NCBI GenBank assembly: GCA_017536545.1
Contig: JAFXHF010000008.1
Location: forward strand, 49,267-113,266
Direction of reading: 5' to 3'
Source of the DNA: a bacterium
GTDB taxonomy: Bacteria; Cyanobacteriota; Vampirovibrionia; Gastranaerophilales; Gastranaerophilaceae
Length of the DNA stretch: 64,000 bases
The notes under the pieces: generated by a model
Seen by the model: the letters and a program-made list of their open reading frames with translations, nothing else
Database searches by the model: none
Told to the model about the DNA's origin: nothing
In this document: piece after piece, positions 24,815 through 33,203 of the stretch
How the letters are laid out: every line of letters begins with the position of its first letter
How positions within the stretch are numbered: position 1 is the stretch's first letter
Made by a program: the position numbers and the translations under genes

Positions 24815-26815
24815 TTGGAAAATTTAGGAAATAAAGAATTAAATAAAGCTAAAAAACAGCAGGGTAGAAAAGGTCTCAGTTCTAATCCAATGGCTAAAAA
24901 GCTTCCAATCGACGGAGTGAAAATGATTTCAACTCCTGTTGAGTCTGCTGCAATTGAGGCCCCTGACACGAGCAAATTAAAAGAGACTAAAAACAAGCTT
25001 AATGATATGATTAAGCCAATTTCGTTTGAAGAAGAGTCAAATATCAATAGCCTTATCGAAACTATCAACAATTTTAATACGACAAAAACAAAAAATCGAT
25101 CCTACACCAACGAATATGCCACAAACACATTCAAAATAAATCCGAATGTGAATTATTACGAGGTTATGAAGAATCTTTGTGAGGCGTTTTCAAGTCACAA
25201 GAATATGGCTGATTTAATTTCTCAGCTTAACAACTTATTTGTACACAAATTGAAGTGGAATTTCATCGGTTTTGGTTTGTTACACGAGAAATCAAAGTGT
25301 ATTAACTTGAAATTGTATAGCAAAACAAGTAGTACATATACTTCAAAAGTATTTTTATCTGATGAAAACAACCCGATTGTGAAAGCGTTCAATAGCAAAT
25401 CAGTAATTGATAAAGATAATATCAATTACCTAAACATTCCGTACTTGGTTAAAACAAGTTCAGTGATTGTTCCGATGATATCTGTTAACAAGTGTATTGG
25501 TGTTGTTCTTGTGGGGCAAAATATTTCTAATATCAATTTAGATTTAGTAACATTTTTTGCAAATCACTTAGGAATGTTTATACACAATGTTCAATTGTCT
25601 GAACAAACAAATAAATTTGCAAATACAGATACTTTAACTTCATTGTACAACCACAGAGGTTTCCAAGAAGTATTGGCAACAGAAATGGCAAAATCAAAAG
25701 ATACAGGAAAGCCATTATCAGTTGTTATGTTTGACGTTAATAATATTTCTAAAATCAATAGAGAACTTGGTCACGCTAAAGGTGATGAAGTTATTAAAAC
25801 TGTTGCTGAAAAAATTAAACAAAATATTCGAGCAAACGATTCTGCTGGTAGATACGGTGGGGACGAAATTGCTGTAATCATGCCTGATACAGACACAAAA
25901 GACGCAAAATATTTGGCAGAATATATTACATACTGCTTGTCTTGTTGTTTTGTAGATGATGTTGGTCCTGTAAAAGTTTCTGTTGGTATTTCAACATATC
26001 CAGAATGTACAATTGACCAAGAAAAATTGTTAATCTTAGCTGAACAAGCAATGTTCATCTCACAAGCTAAAGGTTACAAAGAAGGCATGTCAGCAATCGT
26101 AAGTTCTTCAGATTTCAATTTCTGGGATGATGTTGCGTTGAATTCTTTCGCAGAAGTCCTAACAAAACGTCACTCTCAAATTGGTATCAACTTCGAAGAA
26201 GAACTTGTACACAAATTCAACCAAGAAGAAATTGTGAACCACACTCACTTGATGGAAATGGTTACATCTTTAGCTGGTGCAATTGATGCGAAAGACCCTT
26301 ATACAAAAGGTCACTCAACATCAGTTTCAAGATACGCAGAAGCTCTTGCTCGTGCGGTTAACCTTCCAGAAGCAGAAGTTGAAAGAATTAAGATTGGTGC
26401 ACTTCTTCACGATGTTGGTAAAATCGGTATTCCAGAAAGTGTGTTGAAAAAACCTGGAAAACTTGATGATGAAGAATGGGAAATCATGAAACAACACCCT
26501 ACAATTGGTGCTGAAAAAGTATTAGCTCCAAATGAAGCGTTAAGAGATTTGATTCCTATTGTTAAATACCATCACGAAAGACTTGATGGTAAAGGTTATC
26601 CAGAACAGTTAAAAGGTAACGAAATTCCTCTTGCAGCAAGAATTGTATCTGTTGCTGATGCTTATCACGCATTAGTAAGTGACAGACCTTACAGAAAAGG
26701 TATGCCAATCGAAAAAGCGTGTGCAATTCTTAAAGAAGGTGCTGGAATTCAATGGGATAGCGATTTGGTAAGACAATTTATTTCAATCGCACCATCGTTA
26801 ACAACAAATGTATAA
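24815..26815 (+). CDS. Hybrid c-di-GMP protein: N-terminal sensor (GAF-like?) + GGDEF diguanylate cyclase + HD-GYP phosphodiesterase
   Basis: RYGGDEIAVIM (GGDEF-type site), then HDVGKIGIP and HHERLDGKGYP (HD-GYP). The start is uncertain: TTG 24815 in the track, with the first ATG at MAKKLP about 25 codons later. Confidence 0.8.
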   Translation: MENLGNKELNKAKKQQGRKGLSSNPMAKKLPIDGVKMISTPVESAAIEAPDTSKLKETKNKLNDMIKPISFEEESNINSLIETINNFNTTKTKNRSYTNEYATNTFKINPNVNYYEVMKNLCEAFSSHKNMADLISQLNNLFVHKLKWNFIGFGLLHEKSKCINLKLYSKTSSTYTSKVFLSDENNPIVKAFNSKSVIDKDNINYLNIPYLVKTSSVIVPMISVNKCIGVVLVGQNISNINLDLVTFFANHLGMFIHNVQLSEQTNKFANTDTLTSLYNHRGFQEVLATEMAKSKDTGKPLSVVMFDVNNISKINRELGHAKGDEVIKTVAEKIKQNIRANDSAGRYGGDEIAVIMPDTDTKDAKYLAEYITYCLSCCFVDDVGPVKVSVGISTYPECTIDQEKLLILAEQAMFISQAKGYKEGMSAIVSSSDFNFWDDVALNSFAEVLTKRHSQIGINFEEELVHKFNQEEIVNHTHLMEMVTSLAGAIDAKDPYTKGHSTSVSRYAEALARAVNLPEAEVERIKIGALLHDVGKIGIPESVLKKPGKLDDEEWEIMKQHPTIGAEKVLAPNEALRDLIPIVKYHHERLDGKGYPEQLKGNEIPLAARIVSVADAYHALVSDRPYRKGMPIEKACAILKEGAGIQWDSDLVRQFISIAPSLTTNV

Positions 26816-26837
26816 GATGTAGTAGGGGAATATAAAG

Positions 26838-26865
26838 TAAAAGCAGGATTTCAATCCTGCTTTTA
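26838..26865. terminator. Bidirectional terminator between the GGDEF/HD-GYP gene and thiE
   Basis: Stem AGCAGGAT / ATCCTGCT (26842-26861), with an A-run before and a T-run after. Confidence 0.65.
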
Positions 26866-26867
26866 TC

Positions 26868-27518
26868 TTATGGTAAATATTTTAAAAAGTTTCTTGCAGT
26901 TTGTTCTGGGATTTTTGCATACATAATCTGGTCTGATACTGCAATTTTATAAATTCCAGATTGAGTTAATTCAACAACATTATTTAAAGTAATATCTCCA
27001 GTTATAAATGTTGGGATTTTTGTATTATCTTGAGCCCATTCAACTATTGAAAAATCAATTGAGTGTGGATTTTTGTTATTTAAACTAATTGGGCCAAGCG
27101 TGATATAATCAGCTCCATCTTTTATCGCCCTTTCGACTTCATCAGGTGTGTGGGTTGTTTTTCCAACAATTGCATTGTCTCCCAGAACCTCTCTTGCATC
27201 TGCAACATTTATGTCTTCAGATCCTAAGTGAACACCATCAGCTTGAACGATTTTTGCAATATCTGCTCTATCATTTACTATGAATGTTGCTCCAAATTCA
27301 TCGCAAAGAGTTCGAATTTTATGTCCAATTTCTACGATTACATTATCAGGGATGGATTTTTCCCTCAATTGAATAATATCAACTCCGCCTTGAAGGGCAG
27401 ATGCTATAGCATCTAAAAATTCATCTTTAGATACAAATTTTTCAGAACTTGTGATTAAGTATAATTTCTTTTTTTCAAGTTTTAGCAGATTAAATTGCTC
27501 TTTTAATTTATCCCACAT
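26868..27518 (-). CDS. thiE: Thiamine-phosphate synthase
   Basis: 216 aa. IIQLREK, FIVNDRADIA and DGVHLGSED blocks typical of ThiE. AAAGGGG Shine-Dalgarno. Confidence 0.85.
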   Translation of the reverse strand: MWDKLKEQFNLLKLEKKKLYLITSSEKFVSKDEFLDAIASALQGGVDIIQLREKSIPDNVIVEIGHKIRTLCDEFGATFIVNDRADIAKIVQADGVHLGSEDINVADAREVLGDNAIVGKTTHTPDEVERAIKDGADYITLGPISLNNKNPHSIDFSIVEWAQDNTKIPTFITGDITLNNVVELTQSGIYKIAVSDQIMYAKIPEQTARNFLKYLP

Positions 27519-27652
27519 ACAATGAACCCCTTTTGATGTATAAATTTTACCACAAAGGTTGTCTGTATGTCCAGAAACTCGAAAATCATGTCTAATCTTG
27601 ATTTTTCTGTGTTTTTTGTTAAAATATTCTTATCTGAAAAAAGGAGAATTCT

Positions 27653-27916
27653 ATGGCACAGCAATTTAACCCACAAGGTATGAATGCTCAAAATATCAAA
27701 TTACGCTATGCAGTATTGGTATTTATCAAAGGTTCAACAGCACCATTAGTGTTGTATGTTCAAGATTATCAGGAATTATATGATGAACTTGCAGAAAGAA
27801 TGGTTCAACCAAACCCTGTTCTAATTAGAAAAGAAACAGAAGGACCTTTGAAAGAAGTATGCTTTGTATCTAATCAAATTGCAGCTCTAGCAATTCAAGA
27901 AGAACAGTATATTTAA
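27653..27916 (+). CDS. Small hypothetical protein (87 aa) heading the yceD-rpmF-plsX-fab string
   Basis: Strong AAGGAG Shine-Dalgarno. Ends 8 nt before yceD. No family recognised. Confidence 0.55.
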   Translation: MAQQFNPQGMNAQNIKLRYAVLVFIKGSTAPLVLYVQDYQELYDELAERMVQPNPVLIRKETEGPLKEVCFVSNQIAALAIQEEQYI

Positions 27917-27924
27917 TCAAAGCT

Positions 27925-28425
27925 ATGGAAAAAATATTATCATTAGAAGATTTAGAAAACGCCGAAAATAAAACGCTATATTGTACATTCGATGAAAAAA
28001 TCGAAGGTATAGATTGTGTTACCCCAATACATGCTGATTTGACTGCAAAATCTTTGGGTGATTTTGTAGAAATCTCAGGAAATGTTACAGGTGTTGTAAA
28101 TTTAGAATGCGATTTGTGTTTAGAAAAATTTGAACACGAATTAGATTTTGAAATTGAGGAGCTTTTTTCAAAAGGCTCTCTATTAGGGGAATACGAGGAA
28201 TCTGGACAAGAATTTGAAATCAAAGATGGACAATTTGTAACAGATTTAAACGGTGAAAAAGAGATTGATATTTATGACTTATTGTATCAATCTGTAATAT
28301 TAAATCTTCCAAATAAAAAAGTTTGTGGTATTAATTGTAAAGGGAGAGAATTTCTTACCGAAGAAGAAATTATCGACCCAAGACTGGAAGTCTTTAACAA
28401 CATCCAAATTAACCCAAAAAAATAA
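27925..28425 (+). CDS. yceD: YceD/DUF177 family protein (large-subunit ribosome maturation associated)
   Basis: 166 aa and acidic, with CDLCLEKFE and a C-terminal VCGINCKG Cys motif. Conserved position immediately upstream of rpmF. Confidence 0.8.
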   Translation: MEKILSLEDLENAENKTLYCTFDEKIEGIDCVTPIHADLTAKSLGDFVEISGNVTGVVNLECDLCLEKFEHELDFEIEELFSKGSLLGEYEESGQEFEIKDGQFVTDLNGEKEIDIYDLLYQSVILNLPNKKVCGINCKGREFLTEEEIIDPRLEVFNNIQINPKK

Positions 28426-28457
28426 TAGTAAGTACAAGAAAATAAAGGAAAAAGAAA

Positions 28458-28796
28458 ATGGCAGTACCTAAGAAAAGAACTGGACATTCAGCTCAAGGTA
28501 AAAGAAGAGCTAACTGGAAAGCTACAAAGCCAGAAACAACTAAATGTCCTACATGTGGAGAAACAGTTTTAACTCATACAGTATGTACAGCGTGTGGCAC
28601 TTATAAAGGTCAACCTGTTAGATTAGCTGATAAAGCAGCAGCTGTAGCGGCAGCAGAACCAGCTAAGAAAGCTACTAAAAAATCAACTAAAAAAGCAGCT
28701 CCTAAAGCTGAAGAAACAAAAGTTGAAGAAGTTAAAGAAGAAGTAGTTGAAGAAGTTAAAGCTGAAGAAGCTACTGAAGAAAAAACAGAAGAATAA
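28458..28796 (+). CDS. rpmF: 50S ribosomal protein L32 with an unusual ~55-aa A/K/E-rich C-terminal extension
   Basis: MAVPKKRTGHSAQGKRR plus a CPTCG...CTACG zinc ribbon form canonical L32 (first ~57 aa). A low-complexity tail KAAAVAAAEPAKKATKKSTKKAAPKAEETKVEEVKEEVVEEVKAEE follows. Confidence 0.9.
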   Translation: MAVPKKRTGHSAQGKRRANWKATKPETTKCPTCGETVLTHTVCTACGTYKGQPVRLADKAAAVAAAEPAKKATKKSTKKAAPKAEETKVEEVKEEVVEEVKAEEATEEKTEE

Positions 28797-28867
28797 TTAT
28801 TTTTTATCAGGAGCGACAATTTTAATTGCCGCTTCTGATTTATAACCAAACTTTGGAGAGAGAAAAT

Positions 28868-29932
28868 ATGTCAAGAATAGCAATAGACGCAATGGGTGGG
28901 GATTATGCTCCAAGAGCAATAGTAGAAGGTTCTTTATGGGCTGCACAAGAATATGGTGTAGGTCTTGAGCTTGTTGGTAGAGAAAAAGAAATCCAAGCTG
29001 AAATAGATAGAATTAAAGCTAAAGGTTATATCCTTTCTGATTGTGGAACAAAAGGACATAAAAGAAGAGTAAAAATCGATGTAGATAAAATCGATTATGT
29101 AATTACTCATGCAACTGAAGTTATTGGTATGGGAGAGGCTGTTGGTCAGTCAATTCGTAAGAAAAAAGATTCATCAATTGTAGCGTCAGTTAGAGCAGTT
29201 GCAGAAGGTAGATGTGAGGCTGTTGTTTCTGCTGGTTCTACAGGGGCTGCAATGGCTGCAAGTTTATTTGGTTTAGGTCGTATTTCAGGTGTATCAAGAC
29301 CAGCTATCGCTGTAACTTTGCCGACTATGAATAAACCAGTTGTTTTAATTGATGGTGGTGCTAACGCAGATTGTACAGCAGAAATGCTTGCACAATTCTC
29401 TGAAATGGGTGCTGCTTATGCGGAACATATTGTAGGGATTGAAAATCCTAAAGTTGGTATTTTGAGTATCGGCGAAGAAGAAGGTAAAGGTAATGCTTTG
29501 GTTAAAGATACTTATCCTCTACTTAAAGAACTTCACGAACAAGGTAGAATCGACTTTGTTGGCAATATTGAAGGAAAAGAATTATTTATTAATAAAGCTG
29601 ATGTTGTTGTGTGTGACGGTTTTGCGGGTAATGTGGCGTTGAAGGTTACAGAAGGTACTGCTTCAATGTTATTAAAAATGATTGCTCGTGAGTTTAAGTC
29701 AGATATTTTGGGTTGTATTATTGGTTTACTTGCTAAGCCGTTCCTAAGACGTATGTATAAACGTATTAATTGGGAGGGGTTCGGCGGTATGTTGTTGTTA
29801 GGTGTTAAGGGTATTTCTGTTATCGCTCATGGACGTAGTTCGTCATTTGCGATGAAGAATGCAGTTAGAGTTGCAGTTAGAACACTTAACAAAGATATAA
29901 ACACTAAAATTGCAGAAAGCATTAACAGATAG
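28868..29932 (+). CDS. plsX: Phosphate acyltransferase PlsX
   Basis: MSRIAIDAMGGDYAP N-terminus. I prefer ATG 28868 (GGAGAGAGAAAAT upstream) over the track's TTG 28826. Confidence 0.9.
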   Translation: MSRIAIDAMGGDYAPRAIVEGSLWAAQEYGVGLELVGREKEIQAEIDRIKAKGYILSDCGTKGHKRRVKIDVDKIDYVITHATEVIGMGEAVGQSIRKKKDSSIVASVRAVAEGRCEAVVSAGSTGAAMAASLFGLGRISGVSRPAIAVTLPTMNKPVVLIDGGANADCTAEMLAQFSEMGAAYAEHIVGIENPKVGILSIGEEEGKGNALVKDTYPLLKELHEQGRIDFVGNIEGKELFINKADVVVCDGFAGNVALKVTEGTASMLLKMIAREFKSDILGCIIGLLAKPFLRRMYKRINWEGFGGMLLLGVKGISVIAHGRSSSFAMKNAVRVAVRTLNKDINTKIAESINR

Positions 29933-29939
29933 GTAAAAT

Positions 29940-30950
29940 ATGATTAAAAATTTAAGACCACTTCGAATAGCGGGTGTAGGGTATAGTGTCCCAGACGCTA
30001 TAATTACTAATGATGATTTAACAAAATTGTATGATACTTCTGATGAGTGGATTTATACAAGAACAGGAATCAAAGAAAGACGTGTGGTTTCTGGGAATGA
30101 AAATGCTGTAGATTTAGGTGAAAAGGCAGCTAGAAATGCAATTGCAAAATCAGGTATTAAAATTGAAGATATTGATTGTGTTATTGCTGCAGCTTCAGCT
30201 CCTCCTCAATTGTATCCAGCATTATCTTGTAATATTCAAACAAGACTTGGAATCCCGAATTATGTCCCAGCTTTTGATATGACTGCGGCTTGTTCTGGTT
30301 TGATTTATGCTTTGCAAGTGGCAAGAGGTTTGATTGGTGCAGGATTGTATAAAAATATATTATTAGTTGCATCAGATAATAATTCTCGTCTTGTAGATTG
30401 GGAAGATAGGGGCTCGTCTATTCTTTTTGGTGACGGTGCAGGTGCATTTGTTGTAACGGAAGCCGAAGACGGTGTTGATGATATCTTATCAATAGATGTA
30501 AGAGCAGATGGTAGTCTTGGTCAATATATTTATATGAATATTCCAGGGAAAAATTGTCCGTTAGTTGACCCTTGTGATGAAACTGATGCAAAAATTCACA
30601 TGTCAGGTCGTGATGTTTACAAATTTGTTGTTACAACACTTCCTAATTATATTGATAAATGTATTGAAGATGCAGGTATGACAGCTGAGGACATTGATTA
30701 TTTAATTCCTCACCAAGCTAATCAAAGAATTATTGAAGCTATGCAACAAAGATTAAATTACCCAGACGAAAAAGTTATTTCAAATATCAAATATTATGGA
30801 AATACTTCTGCTGCATCTATTCCAATAGCACTTGTAGAAGGTGTTGAACAAGGTAAAGTGAAATTAGGTTCAACAGCAATTCTTTGTGGATTTGGTGCAG
30901 GTATGACTTGGGGTGCGGCAGTTGTTAGACTTCGTGATGGCATTTGCTAG
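29940..30950 (+). CDS. fabH: 3-oxoacyl-ACP synthase III
   Basis: Catalytic context AACSGLIYAL, PHQANQRI and GNTSAASIP. 336 aa. Confidence 0.92.
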   Translation: MIKNLRPLRIAGVGYSVPDAIITNDDLTKLYDTSDEWIYTRTGIKERRVVSGNENAVDLGEKAARNAIAKSGIKIEDIDCVIAAASAPPQLYPALSCNIQTRLGIPNYVPAFDMTAACSGLIYALQVARGLIGAGLYKNILLVASDNNSRLVDWEDRGSSILFGDGAGAFVVTEAEDGVDDILSIDVRADGSLGQYIYMNIPGKNCPLVDPCDETDAKIHMSGRDVYKFVVTTLPNYIDKCIEDAGMTAEDIDYLIPHQANQRIIEAMQQRLNYPDEKVISNIKYYGNTSAASIPIALVEGVEQGKVKLGSTAILCGFGAGMTWGAAVVRLRDGIC

Positions 30951-31011
30951 GTGCTCACTGTCCAAAATAATAAGGATTTAAACATTAAAATCGATATAGG
31001 GAGATATATTT

Positions 31012-31959
31012 ATGGTTAAAAAGATAGCATTTGTTTTTCCAGGACAAGGTTCTCAATCTGTTGGAATGGGAAAAGATTTATATGAAAACTTTGAAGCAGC
31101 AAAAAATGTTTTTGACACTGCAGATAAAGTTTTAGGCAAAAGTATTACAACAATTTGTTTTGAAGGGCCAGAAGATGATTTAAAATTGACAGTAAATACT
31201 CAACCTTCAATTGTAACTATGTCTATTGCTGCATTAGAAGCATTCAAATCAGAATTAGATGTTGAAGTTTCAGCAACTGCTGGTCATAGTTTAGGTGAAT
31301 ATTGTGCAATGTATGCATCAGGCGTTATGGATTTAGAAACTACATTAAAAGCGATCCAAAAAAGAGCAGATTTGATGGGTGCTACAAAAGGTGGTGCTAT
31401 GGCTGCAATTTTAAATGCTCCAGAAGGTAGTTTAGAAAAAGCTTTAGAAGAAGCATCAAGTGTTGGTTATGTTGATGTTGCAAACTACAACTCACCAGCT
31501 CAAGTTGTAATTACAGGTGATGAAGCAGCGGTTGCAAAAGCTGGCGAATTATTATCAGCAGCTGGTGCAAGACGTGTTGTTCCTCTTGCAGTTTCTGGTG
31601 CTTTCCACTCTAAATTTATGGAAAATGCAGGTAAAGAATTCGCAGGTTTTGTTTCTGAATTGGATTTAAACGATGCTTTAATTCCTGTATTTACAAATGT
31701 TGACGCTGAAGCAACAGTTCTAGGTGCAGAATTCAAAAACAAAATGCCAAAACAAATTTATTCTTCAGTTCAATGGACTCAATCAGTTCAAAAAATGGTT
31801 GCTGAAGGAATTGATACATTTGTAGAAATTGGACCAGGTAAGGTTCTTGCTGGTTTAGTTAAAAAGATTGATGCTAGTGTAAATGTTTATAATGTTTATG
31901 ATAAAGCATCACTTGAGGCAACAGTTACTTCTTTGAAAGAAGAAATGGCTGCGGTATAA
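31012..31959 (+). CDS. fabD: Malonyl-CoA:ACP transacylase
   Basis: FPGQGSQ and GHSLGEY motifs. 315 aa. Confidence 0.92.
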   Translation: MVKKIAFVFPGQGSQSVGMGKDLYENFEAAKNVFDTADKVLGKSITTICFEGPEDDLKLTVNTQPSIVTMSIAALEAFKSELDVEVSATAGHSLGEYCAMYASGVMDLETTLKAIQKRADLMGATKGGAMAAILNAPEGSLEKALEEASSVGYVDVANYNSPAQVVITGDEAAVAKAGELLSAAGARRVVPLAVSGAFHSKFMENAGKEFAGFVSELDLNDALIPVFTNVDAEATVLGAEFKNKMPKQIYSSVQWTQSVQKMVAEGIDTFVEIGPGKVLAGLVKKIDASVNVYNVYDKASLEATVTSLKEEMAAV

Positions 31960-31990
31960 AAATAAATTTACTTTTATAAGGAGAAAAATT

Positions 31991-32722
31991 ATGACAGACA
32001 AAAAAGTTGCATTAGTAACAGGCGGTTCTCGTGGTATTGGTAAAGCGTGTGCTTTAGAACTTGCTGCTGCAGGTTGCGACGTTGTTATCAACTATGCGGG
32101 TAATGTAGATGCTGCTAACAAAACAGTTGAAGAATTAAAAGCATTGGGTGCTAACGCTGAAGCTGTTAAATTTGACGTTTCAAATCAAGCAGAAGTTGAT
32201 GAAGCTATCGCTGGTATCATTGAAAAATATGGTAGAATCGATGTTTTAGTTAACAATGCTGGTATTACAAGAGATGATTTATTTATTAGAATGGGTGAAG
32301 ATAAATGGAATGCTGTTATCAACACTAACTTAAATAGTGCATTTTATGTTTCAAAACCTGTTGTTAAACTTATGATGAAACAAAGATCTGGTGCTATCGT
32401 TAATACAACATCAGTTGTTGGTTTGTATGGTAACCCAGGTCAAGCTAACTATTCAGCTGCAAAAGCAGGTTTAGTTGGTTTTACAAAATCTTTGGCAAAA
32501 GAACTTGGTTCTCGTGGAATCAGAGTTAACGCGGTTGCTCCTGGTTTTATTGCAACTGATATGACTAAAGACCTTGGTAATACTGATGAATATATGAAAA
32601 TGATTCCATTGAAAAGAATGGGTGAAGCAGTTGATATTGCAAAAGCTGTTAAATTCTTGGCATTGGATGCAGAATATGTTACAGGACAGGTGTTACAGGT
32701 TGATGGTGGCTTAATTATTTAA
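31991..32722 (+). CDS. fabG: 3-oxoacyl-ACP reductase
   Basis: SDR motifs TGGSRGIGKA, NNAG and YSAAKAG. 243 aa. Confidence 0.92.
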   Translation: MTDKKVALVTGGSRGIGKACALELAAAGCDVVINYAGNVDAANKTVEELKALGANAEAVKFDVSNQAEVDEAIAGIIEKYGRIDVLVNNAGITRDDLFIRMGEDKWNAVINTNLNSAFYVSKPVVKLMMKQRSGAIVNTTSVVGLYGNPGQANYSAAKAGLVGFTKSLAKELGSRGIRVNAVAPGFIATDMTKDLGNTDEYMKMIPLKRMGEAVDIAKAVKFLALDAEYVTGQVLQVDGGLII

Positions 32723-32763
32723 GTAAAGAATATTAACAAAAACCTTGAGAAATTGTAAAATTC

Positions 32764-32792
32764 TTGCAAAAAAATATTGAACAAGGTATAAT
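32764..32792 (+). promoter_or_regulatory. Sigma70-like internal promoter for acpP(-fabF)
   Basis: TTGCAA (32764-32769), 17-nt spacer, TATAAT (32787-32792), 50 nt upstream of the acpP ATG. Confidence 0.5.
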
Positions 32793-32841
32793 GTAACAAG
32801 AAAAGTATTAGTAATACAAATTATAAAAGAGGAAAAAGAAG

Positions 32842-33078
32842 ATGAGTACATTAGAAACAGTAAAAAAAGTTGTAGTAGATCAATTGAGCGTTGATGAAAA
32901 ATTAGTTACACCTGAAGCTCGTTTCACAGATGATTTAGGTGCTGATTCATTAGACACAGTTGAATTAGTTATGGCTTTAGAAGAAGAATTCAAATGCGAA
33001 ATCCCAGATGAAGACGCAGAAAAAATTCAAACAGTTCAAGATGCTGTAAACTATATCGACAGCAAATTAGGTAAGTAA
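32842..33078 (+). CDS. acpP: Acyl carrier protein
   Basis: 78 aa. [19 protein letters not shown] contains the phosphopantetheine-attachment Ser. Confidence 0.95.
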   Translation: MSTLETVKKVVVDQLSVDEKLVTPEARFTDDLGADSLDTVELVMALEEEFKCEIPDEDAEKIQTVQDAVNYIDSKLGK

Positions 33079-33135
33079 TTACCTCACTAATTGAATTTTT
33101 TAAATTTTGAATTATTCAAACTGGTTATTATATTT

Positions 33136-33175
33136 GCGAGAGTGAGGTTTTGATACTTCTCTCTCGCATTTTTTA
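33136..33175 (+). terminator. Hairpin terminator/attenuator between acpP and fabF
   Basis: Stem GCGAGAG (33136-33142) / CTCTCGC (33161-33167), followed by a T-run (ATTTTTT). Confidence 0.5.
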
Positions 33176-33203
33176 TGATTATTAGGGAAAAAGGGATAAT
33201 ACA

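Noticed and set aside
27519-27652. Possible TPP (THI-box) riboswitch in the leader of thiE (minus strand).
   Set aside because: I read the reverse complement of the whole 134-nt leader. It lacks the conserved CUGAGA and ACCUGAUCUGGAUAAUGCCAGCG-like cores, and no P1-P5 arrangement is apparent. The region looks like a plain divergent promoter spacer.
28826-28867. Track-suggested N-terminal extensions from TTG or other upstream starts: plsX from 28826, grpE from 43524, pilin-like genes from 59827 and 60518, bamA from 49210.
   Set aside because: In each case an internal start with a well-spaced Shine-Dalgarno gives the canonical family N-terminus. The longer versions overlap upstream genes or add non-conserved residues.
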